NCBI RefSeq assembly: GCF_001194135.2
Contig: NC_068986.1
Location: 25,020,958 to 25,053,672, forward strand
Length of the DNA stretch: 32,715 bases
DNA from: Octopus bimaculoides
Lineage: Eukaryota
Direction: 5' to 3'
Shown: positions 10,493 through 21,442 of the stretch, in pieces
How the letters are laid out: every line of letters starts with the position of its first letter
Numbering within the stretch: position 1 is the first letter of the stretch
Notes under the pieces: generated by a model
Databases searched by the model: none
What the model was told of the DNA's origin: nothing
Seen by the model: only the letters and a program-made list of their open reading frames with translations
Made by a program: the position numbers and the translations under genes

Positions 10493-10707
10493 AATCCTTT
10501 CTACTATAGGTACAAGACCTGAAATTGTTGGGGAGGGGGTAGTCGATTACATCGACTCCAGTGTTTCACTGGTGCTTAATCTATCGACTCCTAAAAGATG
10601 AAAGGTAATGTCGACCTCGGCGAAATTTGAACTCAGAACGTAGCAGCAGACGAAATACCACTAAGCATTTTGCCCGGCGTGCTAGCGATTCTGCCAGCTC
10701 GTCGCCT
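10493..10707 (-). mobile_element. SINE family B, full length
   Basis: Minus-strand head GGCGACGAGCTGGCAGAATCGCTAGCACGCCGGGC and B box GAGTTCAAATT; possible degenerate TSD TGTGGAGTGCACAAT (10481) / TGTGGAGTACGTAAT (10711). Confidence 0.9.
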
Positions 10708-10869
10708 TGTTGTGGAGTACGTAATGTTCTATCTTACTAGTTATTATGTCAAAACTTTTGCTTAAGCTTGAATATTTATAAGTTGATAGGTTACACAGAG
10801 GGTTTGTTTTGTTTTTTTGTTTTTTTTAACTAGATATATTACAAAAAGAAATAACGAGCTATGTGCTTA

Positions 10870-11045
10870 AGAGGCTAGCTTTGCAGCCAAGTGGCCCTTT
10901 GAAATATAGGTACTACTCACTTTTGCCAGCTGAAGGAACTGGAATGACGTGAAATAAAGTGTCTTGCTCAAGGACAAAACGCGCCTCCGGGTACCGAACT
11001 CACGATTGCGAGTCAAATACCCTAACCACTAAGCCACACGCCTTC
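10870..11045 (-). mobile_element. SINE family D copy
   Basis: CTCACTTTTGCCAGCTGA...GTGAAATAAAGTGTCTTGCTCAAGGACA...CCCTAACCACTAAGCCACACGCC (tRNA A box on the minus strand). Confidence 0.75.
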
Positions 11046-11075
11046 GCTGTAAAATTATAACTAGTACAATAATGC

Positions 11076-11284
11076 TTTTAAATTTTAGCACAATGCCAGC
11101 AATTTTGTAGGGAAAAGTAAGTTGATGACATTGATCCTACTACTCAACTGGTACTCGATCTTATCGATCCCTAAAGGAAGAAAAGTAAAATTGTCCTTGG
11201 CTAGATTTAAATTCAGAATATAAAGAACCAACATAAATACTGCAAAGCATTGTTGCGACCCTCTAATGATTTTGCCAGCTCGCT
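11076..11284 (-). mobile_element. Old, degenerate SINE family B copy
   Basis: TTTTAGCACAATGCCAGCAATTTT...CTGGTACT...TTATCGATCCCTAAAGG...TTTGCCAGCTCGC. Confidence 0.65.
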
Positions 11285-11321
11285 GTACTATGATAATAAC
11301 TCACCATTGATATCCTTGATT

Positions 11322-11692
11322 GGAGGCGCAATGGCCCAGTGGTTAGGGCAGCGGACTCGCGGTCATAGGATCGCGGTTTCGATTCCCAGACCGGGCGCTG
11401 TGAGTGTTTATTGAGTGAAAACGCTTGAGGCTCCGGCAGGGATGATGGCGAACCCTGCTGTACTCTTTCACCACAACTTTCTCTCACTTTTACTTCCTGT
11501 TTCTGTTGTGCCTGTAATTCAAAAGGGTCAGCCTTGTCACGCTGAATATCCCCGAGAACTACGTTAAGGGTACACGTGTCTGTGGCGTGCTCAGCCACTT
11601 GCACGTTAATTTCACGAGCAAACTGTTCCGATGATCAGATCAACTGGAACCCTCGACGTCGTAAGCGACGCAGTGCCAACAACAACAACAAC
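11322..11692 (+). mobile_element. tRNA-derived SINE family C, full length, with (AAC)n tail and TSD
   Basis: A box TGGCCCAGTGG and B box GGTTTCGATTCCC in a tRNA-Arg-like head; tail ...GTGCC(AAC)5; 13-bp TSD GATATCCTTGATT (11309-11321) / GATGTCCTTGATT (11693-11705). Confidence 0.9.
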
Positions 11693-12299
11693 GATGTCCT
11701 TGATTCTGATAACTACACGGTTCGCGTTAATCTTCTTACCGATCAGGGTAGCCATTACCCAAAATGCCGCAGTAGCAACATTCTCACACATCAGTATGTT
11801 GAGTGATTATACTACATATTCTCAGTTTTCACGTGAATGCGGTTTTTCCTACAATGGATGTATTCTGTCCTTGTGAACATTGGGCAGCAAAAAATAATGT
11901 AACTAATTCTTAATCTATGGATGACATTAGCCTCGTGTTTCGTTATTTAATGATGGATGATTGCACATTGATCTTTTGAAGTGAAAATCAGATAGACATT
12001 TGCTCCTGCTTTTATTTCAGTTATTTCGAGCCATTGTTGGCTTTCTTCCTATTTTCTTCCTATTGACTCACTTTCTTTCAGTCTAGCCGAACGACATACG
12101 AACCAGGAAGAGGTTGACATTAGTATTTTGAGGAAATCCACTTCGATTTTTTTTTTTTTTTTTTTTGTTCTTGTTAATCTTTTGTCCAAATTTTTTTCTG
12201 CATAGAAACTTTTTCCAACATCTTAATTAGATTCTGGTTTGTACTTTGGTGTTTATATATAAGGGAAAGTTCTGTCCTTGTTTTTCTTCTTGTCTTATT

Positions 12300-12745
12300 A
12301 CAATTATTGGTCTAGTTTTGCTTAGGTAATGAGCACAAAAAAAAGCAACATGAGGAGTGGGACGACAAGATTTAACAAACGTTGTGTTCGTTTAACACTT
12401 AAAAAGAATGGACAGAAAGAGTTGATGTTTCGGATTCTAGTTCTTCATCAGAAAAAAATAAAGAATGAAAAAAAGTGGTGGGTTAAATAAAAAGAAAAAA
12501 AGGGGGTTGAAAAAGGTTTGGGGTCAGGTGGGAAGAGGGATCTATGAGAAAAGTTAGAACGGGAGGAGGAGGAGGCAGCGTGGTGTGTGTATGCATTGGA
12601 GGTTATCCGTGTAAAGAGATGGGCATAGAGAGAGGTGTATGTGTGTGTGATATGAGGTGCGTGTGGGAACTTTGAAGTATAGGTGTGTGAAGATGTACAA
12701 GTACGGAAGTGTAGGGACATGGGGCAGTGGGGCAGTGGGGCTGTG
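12300..12745 (-). mobile_element. Probable PLE-derived terminal region (C/A-rich tract followed by a hammerhead-like core)
   Basis: Minus strand is C/A-rich, like the PLE 3' UTR at 1730-2400, and contains CTGATGAAGAACTAGAATCCGAAACATC. Assignment rests on composition and motif only. Confidence 0.45.
12420..12458 (-). ncRNA. Candidate minimal hammerhead ribozyme core
   Basis: Minus strand: tt-CTGATGA-agaactagaatcc-GAAA-c-a-t-c-aa. Both core boxes are intact; helix II is weak; ACAT|C could be a CpG-decayed ACGT|C. Confidence 0.45.
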
Positions 12746-12747
12746 GG
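12721..12747 (+). other. Putative G-quadruplex motif
   Basis: GGGGCAGTGGGGCAGTGGGGCTGTGGG fits G3+N1-7 four times. Confidence 0.5.
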
Positions 12748-12749
12748 CT

Positions 12750-13925
12750 GAAAGAGTTTTTCTAGCCAGTGATTTCTTTGTAATAGTTTTCTCTTTGTAC
12801 CAGACTACTTTCTCCCTCTCCATCTGTTATTTCCTAACTATATCACTTTTAAATGAAATGCGTAGTTGTCTGGTTTCGATGCCTATGTATTTTTCTGTCC
12901 ACTTACTGATTGATATGTCTGGTGTATTTATATCTATTATCTGTTTCTGGCATTGATGTCGTTTTAATATTCGTCCAAGTCTCCTTTAGTTGTCTTTGGT
13001 CATTTTCTCCTTTATTTTTCGCATTTTATCAGTTTCATCTCAACCTACATACTTGAGTGATTCTGTTCTAATGCTCTCATTTCAGTGTCTAATTTTAATC
13101 AAATGTTTTGAATTTTAATTCATTTGCTTCTCCTTATAGAAAATTCGGCTTATGTGGCTTATGTGGCTTATCTGTCTAATCCCATACTCATTTTAATATC
13201 ACTGCTGAATACACGTATAGTTTTCAATAGATTCTCCAAATGAGTTGTATCTGTTGTACGTCGTTCTAAATCATTCGTAAGCAGGACATGGATGACAGCT
13301 TTTTCCATAAAATCTGTTGCTTTTGATCGTTTGATTCAACTAATTTGTTTGTGAAGTCAGAGCTAGACAAAAAAAGTAGTATAGATAAAGAGTTTCCTTG
13401 AAATTCGTCTTCTGATGAGGATAGGATTGGTATTATTTATTATCTGTTTATCATACAGTGTTATTGATGTTTTCCATTTTCACATGATGCAGTTGATATA
13501 CTAAGCATTCGACCTTACTCTCTTTACGTATAGCGTCTCCATTTTCCAGCAGAATGCTTTTCTTGTCAAAGTTTTTCAGTAATCAATCCATGCCAGGCTT
13601 AGTTTCTTTTTATTTCTCTCTTGCTGTATTCAGTAAGTGTTCAGAGTACAATTATTTTTTTCTTTGCTTCCAAACAACCCTCCTTTCCATATCCTTTTAT
13701 CATTTTTCTAGTGGAATAATATCTTCCAGATGGACACTCAGCTTACTGGGGAGTACATCCCCCGGGATTTTGTACATTCTTAATAAACATGTCTGTAGAT
13801 GTTCAAATCTGTAACATGTTTCGTATCATAGAATTAATATTATTGTCTCTTTTTTTGCAACCAGTGATGTGCTGATTCTGGTATCAATAATAATTCACTG
13901 AATTACTGTATTTTTACGTGTAATG
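12750..13925 (-). mobile_element. Decayed R4/Dong-like reverse-transcriptase region
   Basis: Across many stops and frameshifts: K(R)NLSLAWIDY*K.FD, FQGNSLS, FSSDIKMSMGLD, NARNR, SLVQRENYYKEI. These match R4/Dong RT motifs (AWIDYKKAFD, IFQGDSLS, FS.DI.M.FGLDK). Confidence 0.75.
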
Positions 13926-13933
13926 CTTAAGTA

Positions 13934-14745
13934 TTGGGTTGGCAACTAAGTTCCCGCCGTTTTTTTTTTTTATTTAAATTTTTTTAAAGGTCTAATAAAA
14001 AATAACTAATTAATCACTAATGTATTCACCCTTGTTGTTTACAATATTTTTTCAACGTTCAACAAGATTTTCAATACCGCGTTGGTAGAAATCCCCCGAT
14101 TTCGTCTCGAAAATTTGATCTGACCAAGCTCTCAATTCTGCATCAGTATTGAACGAAACTCCGCACATAGCATTTGAAAGAGATCGAAAGAGGTGGAAAT
14201 CCGTTGGTGCCAAACCAGGAGAGTACGGCGGGTGTGGCAGCACTTCCCAGCCATGCGTTTGAATGGCTTCCTTGGTCATATTGGCGATATGAGGGCGGGC
14301 GTTGTCGTGCAGCAGAACTCCATGCTGCCGATTAGGTCTTTTCTCTTGAATAGCCGTGTTGAGTCGTTCCATCTGTTGAACATAGAGTTCCGCGTTAACC
14401 GTTTGGCTCCGTTCAAGCAATTCGTAATGGACAATCCCTTCCTAGTCCCACCATACGCACAATATCGTTTTACACAGATGAAGATCTTGCTTCACGCGCT
14501 GTGTCGCTTCTTTACCGGGGCTAAGCCATTCCTTACGCTGCTTCATATTGATGCACAGGCATCATTTTCCGTAACGATTCGGTAAAGATTCTAGTAACGC
14601 TTCGATAAAGAAATCGTTGCTTGTGTCCATGAGTTGAGCGGTGACGAGCAAGCAAACCAGCAGAGATTGTGGCTCTTTGATTTTCGTTGTTGTCACTTAA
14701 AGCATGCGGAACCCATGCTCCATACTTCTGAACTTTTTCCCATCG
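13934..14745 (-). mobile_element. Mariner (DD34D) transposon, 3' part with right ITR; 5' part runs into a gap
   Basis: TA (13932-13933) followed by ITR TTGGGTTGGCAACTAAGTTCCCGCCG; transposase remnant inside. Confidence 0.92.
14010..14743 (-). pseudogene. Mariner transposase remnant
   Basis: GAWVPHALS (WVPHEL linker), a duplicated and degenerate first-Asp region, CVWWD*EGIVHYELL, HDNARPH, PHPPYSPGLAPTDFHLF; contains stops and frameshifts. Confidence 0.92.
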
Positions 14746-16239
14746 NNNNNNNNNNNNNNNNNNNNNNNNNNNNNNNNNNNNNNNNNNNNNNNNNNNNNNN
14801 NNNNNNNNNNNNNNNNNNNNNNNNNNNNNNNNNNNNNNNNNNNNNNNNNNNNNNNNNNNNNNNNNNNNNNNNNNNNNNNNNNNNNNNNNNNNNNNNNNNN
14901 NNNNNNNNNNNNNNNNNNNNNNNNNNNNNNNNNNNNNNNNNNNNNNNNNNNNNNNNNNNNNNNNNNNNNNNNNNNNNNNNNNNNNNNNNNNNNNNNNNNN
15001 NNNNNNNNNNNNNNNNNNNNNNNNNNNNNNNNNNNNNNNNNNNNNNNNNNNNNNNNNNNNNNNNNNNNNNNNNNNNNNNNNNNNNNNNNNNNNNNNNNNN
15101 NNNNNNNNNNNNNNNNNNNNNNNNNNNNNNNNNNNNNNNNNNNNNNNNNNNNNNNNNNNNNNNNNNNNNNNNNNNNNNNNNNNNNNNNNNNNNNNNNNNN
15201 NNNNNNNNNNNNNNNNNNNNNNNNNNNNNNNNNNNNNNNNNNNNNNNNNNNNNNNNNNNNNNNNNNNNNNNNNNNNNNNNNNNNNNNNNNNNNNNNNNNN
15301 NNNNNNNNNNNNNNNNNNNNNNNNNNNNNNNNNNNNNNNNNNNNNNNNNNNNNNNNNNNNNNNNNNNNNNNNNNNNNNNNNNNNNNNNNNNNNNNNNNNN
15401 NNNNNNNNNNNNNNNNNNNNNNNNNNNNNNNNNNNNNNNNNNNNNNNNNNNNNNNNNNNNNNNNNNNNNNNNNNNNNNNNNNNTTGTTATTTTGTTTCTT
15501 TACCTAGTTACAATTGTTTCAATTTTTCTTTTACTTTCAGAGTCTCTTCTCTTTTCTTGGGATTGCATTCTCACTTTTGGTCAATTATGTACAACATAGG
15601 GTTTAGGGTCAGAGTCAGGGTTTTTGTTACGCCGAAACATATGTCGGTAGTGTATATATTCTTTATATATATAGGGGGAAAGTAAGCAGAAAAATAAGCG
15701 AAAATGCACATTGGAAATCAAAAAAAAGTTAAGGCTTTTTGTGAAAAGTAACGATAGATATATACAATTAGATGAACTGAGGTAGGAATAAAGGTATGTA
15801 TATATATATAAATTTTATTGTTCTGTGTGTTTTATAGAAAGAAAGCGCCTCCTTTGTCATTCTTTTAAGATGCTACGCCTATCAGTGTTTATTCATTAAA
15901 ACACTGCGTATTTCTCAGTCCTCTCAGGTCTGGCAGTACTGGTAAGACTATGTTTAGATGAGAAAGTTTAATGAGACCGAAACATGTCCGGAGTTGTCAC
16001 CATACAGCCTAAGATCAAACAATACCCTCTCTCTGGGTATGCCTATATATTTTATTTTTTGACTAATTTTGAATTGGAGGGTCATTTTCCCTCTCTTTCT
16101 GTACCTGAAGTTAAGCATTAGTCTAATGATTTGTTCTCCTCTTTACAAGTATAATTTTAATTAATCAAAATTATCTTACTCACTACTTTAAGTATATTAT
16201 CTCTAGTTTCATTATATGTTGGATATAAGTAATCATTTT

Positions 16240-16335
16240 TGCATTTCTGAGTTCAAATCCTGCCGCAATCAAATTTACATTTCGTCTCTTCTGGATCGAT
16301 AAATAAATACCAGTCTTGGGCTGAAGTTGACTCTT
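16240..16335 (+). mobile_element. Degenerate SINE family B fragment, followed by (CT)n at about 16357-16420
   Basis: TTCTGAGTTCAAATCCTGCCG...GATCGATAAATAAATACCAGT. Confidence 0.55.
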
Positions 16336-16355
16336 CTCGCTCTCATTCACCCATT

Positions 16356-16403
<48 letters not shown>

Positions 16404-17227
16404 CTCTCTCTCTCTCACTCTTACTCACTCTTTCTTTTTTATCTATTTGTCTCGTTCTGGAAGAAATCAGCTTTAGTCACTCATCACCGACTTGGCAGAT
16501 ACGATGAAATCAATGCTTCCCTGAGGAGATCTAATACAACCAAAACACGTCCGGGTTTAGCTCCATAATTTCGTAAAAGCTTAGCAATTATGTTACAATA
16601 TCTGCCAAAAACTAGTATTGCTTCTGTTTTTTTTCCCCCTCGTCGCATGATTTTTTTTTTTAGTAAGCTCTTTGATGTCTGCTACATTTAAATCGTCGAC
16701 GCTTATTTAACTAGGTGATTTTGTTCGTTGAGAGGGTGTCTCGGAGCCATTTATTCTTCGAACATGTATGATATATTGCCTGAGTGTTCATAAACTCATT
16801 CAGTTTGACAATATTCTTACGATTTCGCTTTAATAAAATTAGGTTTAACTAAAGTTAAACAACGATGCTCAAGCTGTTGCTAAAAAAAAAGTCATTTGGC
16901 AAATATTTTGCAATAATTTACTTGCATTTGAAAATGAAACCACAAAACGTTAAATGACAGATATTTGTTATTTTTGACAAATATTTAGTGTCTGTTAAAT
17001 CTCTTTGTGTGTCACTTAAATTAAAAAACACGCTCAAAGAAACTAGATAACAACTATACGTTTAAACCTTCAATGAAATATATTATTCTTCGGTAACATC
17101 TTGTTTCTTGTGCTTTTGTGTGTATATGTGTGCATGACATTTTATTTATTTATTTTTGCTTTAATTATTTAATTACGCGTTTTGTTTCTTTGATAATTAA
17201 TAATTACTGAAGTACACAATAATTACT

Positions 17228-17640
17228 GGTTTCAAATTTTGGAACAAAGTCAGCTATTTGTGGGGTGGGGGTGACGGAGTAAGTCGTACTTGTTTTAAAA
17301 ACCCCGAAAAGATGAAAGGGAAAGTCGACCCCGGCAGCATTTGAACTCTGAATGTAAAGTCGGAAGAAATGCCACTATGCATTTTATTCGGCAAGCTAGC
17401 CATTTTGTCACTTTGTTGCCGTACGCTGTGATATTGGTTTCAAATTTCGGCACAAGGCCAGCAATTTTGGAGAAGGGATCAAGTCGATTACATCGACCGC
17501 TGTGCTCAATTCGTACTTATTTCATCGACCTCAAAGAGATAAAAGGCAAAGTTGACCTCGGCGGCAGTTGAACACAGAACGCAAAGTTGGAAGAAATGCT
17601 GCTTAGCATTTTGTCCGGCGCAGTTACGATTCTGCCAGCT
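17228..17640 (-). mobile_element. Two degenerate SINE family B copies head-to-tail (about 17228-17421 and 17436-17640)
   Basis: Both begin GGTTTCAAATTT...CAAG and contain GAAAG..AAAGT.GACC..GGC.GCA.TTGAAC; the second ends ACGATTCTGCCAGCT. Confidence 0.75.
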
Positions 17641-17708
17641 GTATGTATGTATGTATGTATACCTATTCTATTTTCTTGTTTCACTTCCACATGGGAAGAT
17701 TAAATTGT

Positions 17709-17827
17709 GCATAAATTCTTCATATAATTTGCATAAATTCTTCATATAATTGTTTNNNNNNNNNNCATCAGCTGCCACCATTCTAACACTAAGCGTTTCG
17801 AAGAGTTAGGGTATATATACATGCAGG

Positions 17828-17872
<45 letters not shown>

Positions 17873-18269
17873 GTGTTTGTGTGTGTGTGTGTGTATGTGT
17901 GTGTGTTTTGTGCGTGTGTGTGTTTTGTGTGCGTGTGTACTGAAATAATCTTAAAACTTCAAAGTCCACATCACAATATTACGACAAACTCTGCGTGAGC
18001 CTTGGAGACATTGTTTTATGTGTGCCGTGACGTGACATTTTTCTCCTCACTTGAGACACTCTGTGGGGAATTGCAGTCACACTGGTTCACCAGCCAGGAC
18101 TCACTGCAAACTACGCACAGTCGATATTTGCCTGTATGTATGTTATCAGCTACTTGTTGAATCCCTCATGCAGAGAGCGTTGACAGAAGTTGTACTTTCT
18201 AACATAATTTCTTCATATATTTGCATAAATTCTTCATATATTTGCATAAATTCTTCATATAATTGTTTT
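17709..18269 (+). repeat. 21-bp tandem unit TTGCATAAATTCTTCATATA(A/T) in two clusters (17709-17755, 18203-18269), with (GT)n at about 17831-17937 between them
   Basis: Directly visible. Confidence 0.85.
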
Positions 18270-19134
18270 CCTGGGTTTTGGGGTTTGTTTTTTTTTGCTC
18301 TTTTGGNNNNNNNNNNNNNNNNNNNNNNNNNNNNNNNNNNNNNNNNNNNNNNNNNNNNNNNNNNNNNNNNNNNNNNNNNNNNNNNNNNNNNNNNNNNNNN
18401 NNNNNNNNNNNNNNNNNNNNNNNNNNNNNNNNNNNNNNNNNNNNNNNNNNNNNNNNNNNNNNNNNNNNNNNNNNNNNNNNNNNNNNNNNNNNNNNNNNNN
18501 NNNNNNNNNNNNNNNNNNNNNNNNNNNNNNNNNNNNNNNNNNNNNNNNNNNNNNNNNNNNNNNNNNNNNNNNNNNNNNNNNNNNNNNNNNNNNNNNNNNN
18601 NNNNNNNNNNNNNNNNNNNNNNNNNNNNNNNNNNNNNNNNNNNNNNNNNNNNNNNNNNNNNNNNNNNNNNNNNNNNNNNNNNNNNNNNNNNNNNNNNNNN
18701 NNNNNNNNNNNNNNNNNNNNNNNNNNNNNNNNNNNNNNNNNNNNNNNNNNNNNNNNNNNNNNNNNNNNNNNNNNNNNNNNNNNNNNNNNNNNNNNNNNNN
18801 NNNNNNNNNNNNNNNNNNNNNNNNNNNNNNNNNNNNNNNNNNNNNNNNNNNNNNNNNNNNNNNNNNNNNNNNNNNNNNNNNNNNNNNNNNNNNNNNNNNN
18901 NNNNNNNNNNNNNNNNNNNNNNNNNNNNNNNNNNNNNNNNNNNNNNNNNNNNNNNNNNNNNNNNNNNNNNNNNNNNNNNNNNNNNNNNNNNNNNNNNNNN
19001 NNNNNNNNNNNNNNNNNNNNNNNNNNNNNNNNNNNNNNNNNNNNNNNNNNNNNNNNNNAACTTATCTCCTACTCTTGAGGCAATTACGATCAGGGATCCT
19101 CGCCAGGCTTGCAAATATTACCAGTTGTGGTAAC

Positions 19135-19400
19135 TCAAGAGGTGATATACTACTATTGAACAGTTCACCGATGAAGTGGATTTGGTCATCGCCACTGCTG
19201 AAAGGAGATGGTAGATGTTCTAGTAAGATACTCTAATAAGATACCTTCTTACTGGAAGAGATAAAATTGATGAATAGTATCTTAAAAGTAGTAGAAAATT
19301 ATAGCACAACTAATTAGTAAGATAATTAGCTTAGATGAAATTCAGTCCAGGTTTATGGCAAGATGGAATGTAGTGATACGATTACGAGAGGCTTTTGAGT
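19135..19400 (+). mobile_element. Decayed RTE-clade LINE RT fragment
   Basis: With frameshifts: G.I...DW......C.KG.GDVL.R..Y..IKL...IAQLISKIISLDEIQ..FM, resembling KGKGDAL.R.NYRGIKL...IAQLIR..V.LDEMQFGF. Confidence 0.55.
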
Positions 19401-19419
19401 GGATACTAGAAAAAGGTTA

Positions 19420-19600
19420 CAAGAAATGATACGTTTCTTGAAGTCGAAGATTACTAGAAATATAACAGAAATAGAGTACCATAGATAGATTAACAGAAAA
19501 AGTAGATTATTAGAAATATCAGATTACCAGAAATAGCATATTCCCAGAACTAGTTGCTCACCAGAAATAGATAACGAGAAACTGAGTCGGAAATAATAGG
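19420..19600 (+). repeat. Degenerate minisatellite (about 14-17 nt, TAGATTACCAGAAA-like)
   Basis: Recurrent ATTACTAGAAATA, ATTAACAGAAAA, ATTATTAGAAATA, ATTACCAGAAATAG, CACCAGAAATAG. Confidence 0.6.
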
Positions 19601-19868
19601 TGAATAGTGGGTATGTCCATGCCTACTTACATAGATTCACGACGCTTAGTTTGAGAAGAAATGATTTTAGCGGATATATCGATATGTGATTCGTCTATCT
19701 TCAAGAATTTTTGCTCTTTTTCTCTCTCAAATGTATGATATACATCTAATAACATTTTACAATGGATTCATGCAAAGGTAGCCATTTTTTTTCAGAAGAA
19801 GGGTGGAATTTGTTCCGAAGAAAAAAAAAACTGAATGAAAAGTACTTTATGGCCCCAATGGCTGAAAT

Positions 19869-20281
19869 ACTCTCTTTTACTCTTTTGCTTCTTTCAATCA
19901 TTTGACTGCGGCCATGCTGGAGCACCGCCTTTAGTCGAGAAAATCAACCCCAGGACTTATTCTTCGTAAGCCTAGTACTTATTCTATCGGTCTCTTTTGC
20001 CGAACCGCTAAGTTACGGGGACGTAAACACACCACCATCGGTTGTCAAGCGACGTTGGGGAGGGGGACAAACACAGACACACAAAAACACTCACACACAT
20101 ATATATATACATATACATATATACCACGGGCTTCTTTCAGTTTCCGTCTACCAAATCCACTCACAAGGCTTTGGTCGGCCCGAAGCTATAGTAGAAGACA
20201 CTTGCCCAAGGTGCTACGCAGTCGGACTGAACCCGGAACCATGTGGTTGGTAAGCAAGCTACTTACCACACAGCCACTCCT
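19869..20281 (-). mobile_element. SINE family A, full length, well preserved
   Basis: All modules present from GGAGTGGCTGTGTGG to GACTGCGGCCATGCTGGAGCACCGCC (plus strand), with an (AGTAAAAG)-type tail. Confidence 0.95.
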
Positions 20282-20430
20282 ATTCAAATTATCATAGAGA
20301 AGGTTCACCACTTACAAAATTTTATCAGCGCAACGTAAACCCGTAATACAGTCGGGGGGAAAATTATTGAATTGACAATGGCTTAGCAAAACAATACGAA
20401 ATGTATTATTAATGTCGTAGCCTAATGTTA

Positions 20431-20620
20431 GGCGGTGAGCTGGCAGAATCATTAGCACGCCAGGAAAGATGCTTCTCGGAATTTCGTTCGTATTTTTAAG
20501 TTCTGAGTTCAAATTCCACAAAAGTCGACTCTGTCTTTTATCCTTTCGGGCTCGATAAATAAGTACCAGTTGAATACTGAGGCCGGTGTGATTTACTTAT
20601 CCCGCTCCCCTAAATTGCTA
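20431..20620 (+). mobile_element. SINE family B, diverged
   Basis: GGCGGTGAGCTGGCAGAATCATTAGCACGCC...GTTCTGAGTTCAAATTCC...ATCCTTTCGGGCTCGATAAATAAGTACCAG. Confidence 0.85.
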
Positions 20621-21442
20621 CCGTTATAGTTTAGCCCTAGGTCAGCTCTGATCAAGCATCTAATGATCAAGAGCGCTCAAGCTGTGACTATCTCGTCGTT
20701 TGATATATTCAAGGACAACATTGTCCAGTCTTTCCTCTTTATTTTAAGACGGCCGACTATGATTCGTTTGTTGGAAACGAAAGCAAAAATATTTTTAAAT
20801 ATTTGAAGGAGGCCTGAGAAAAATGTGTCTGGAAATGTACAGAATGCGTTTCCTGTAGAAGCCGGTTATTGCACTTTTGCAACGTGATCAATGCCTTTGT
20901 ACATGTTCACGTTGTACAACAGGATATTGCAACGTAAATCTCACTACAGCGTGCATCTTTAATTAACAATTAACATAACAAGAAAATTAATAAAGGCAAC
21001 GTCACTTTAAAGCAAAGATCAGCTTTTCCTTTAAGACTATCTTTAGTTTTACGGATATATAAATAAGTATGTAGCTTATTTAGTGTCAGTCATAAAATTG
21101 AAAAGCCAGACATACCCGTATCGTCAATGACACTTAGTTCTCATTGGTACGAAGGCTTAGAATTTCTGCTCATTCCGCTGATCTCAATTAATGTGTATCA
21201 GTGAAAATTTGTGGTTGGAGTCGCCTTCTGACTACTATTTTTAGCGAGCGTGGTGATGCTATTTGTGGCACCCTTAATTATTAATTAATAATTCTTCACC
21301 TTATGGTATTTTTTTACGCATGCTATGCCACTTGATATTATAAACAATAATATCCACATATATATTTTTATTATATATGTTTATTATATATATATATATA
21401 TATATATATANNNNNNNNNNATATATATATATATATATATAT

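Noticed and set aside
11322-11400. tRNA gene-like sequence (also the heads of families A, B and D)
   Set aside because: A and B boxes are present, but there is no complete cloverleaf with an acceptor stem, and the sequence continues into a SINE body with tail and TSD.
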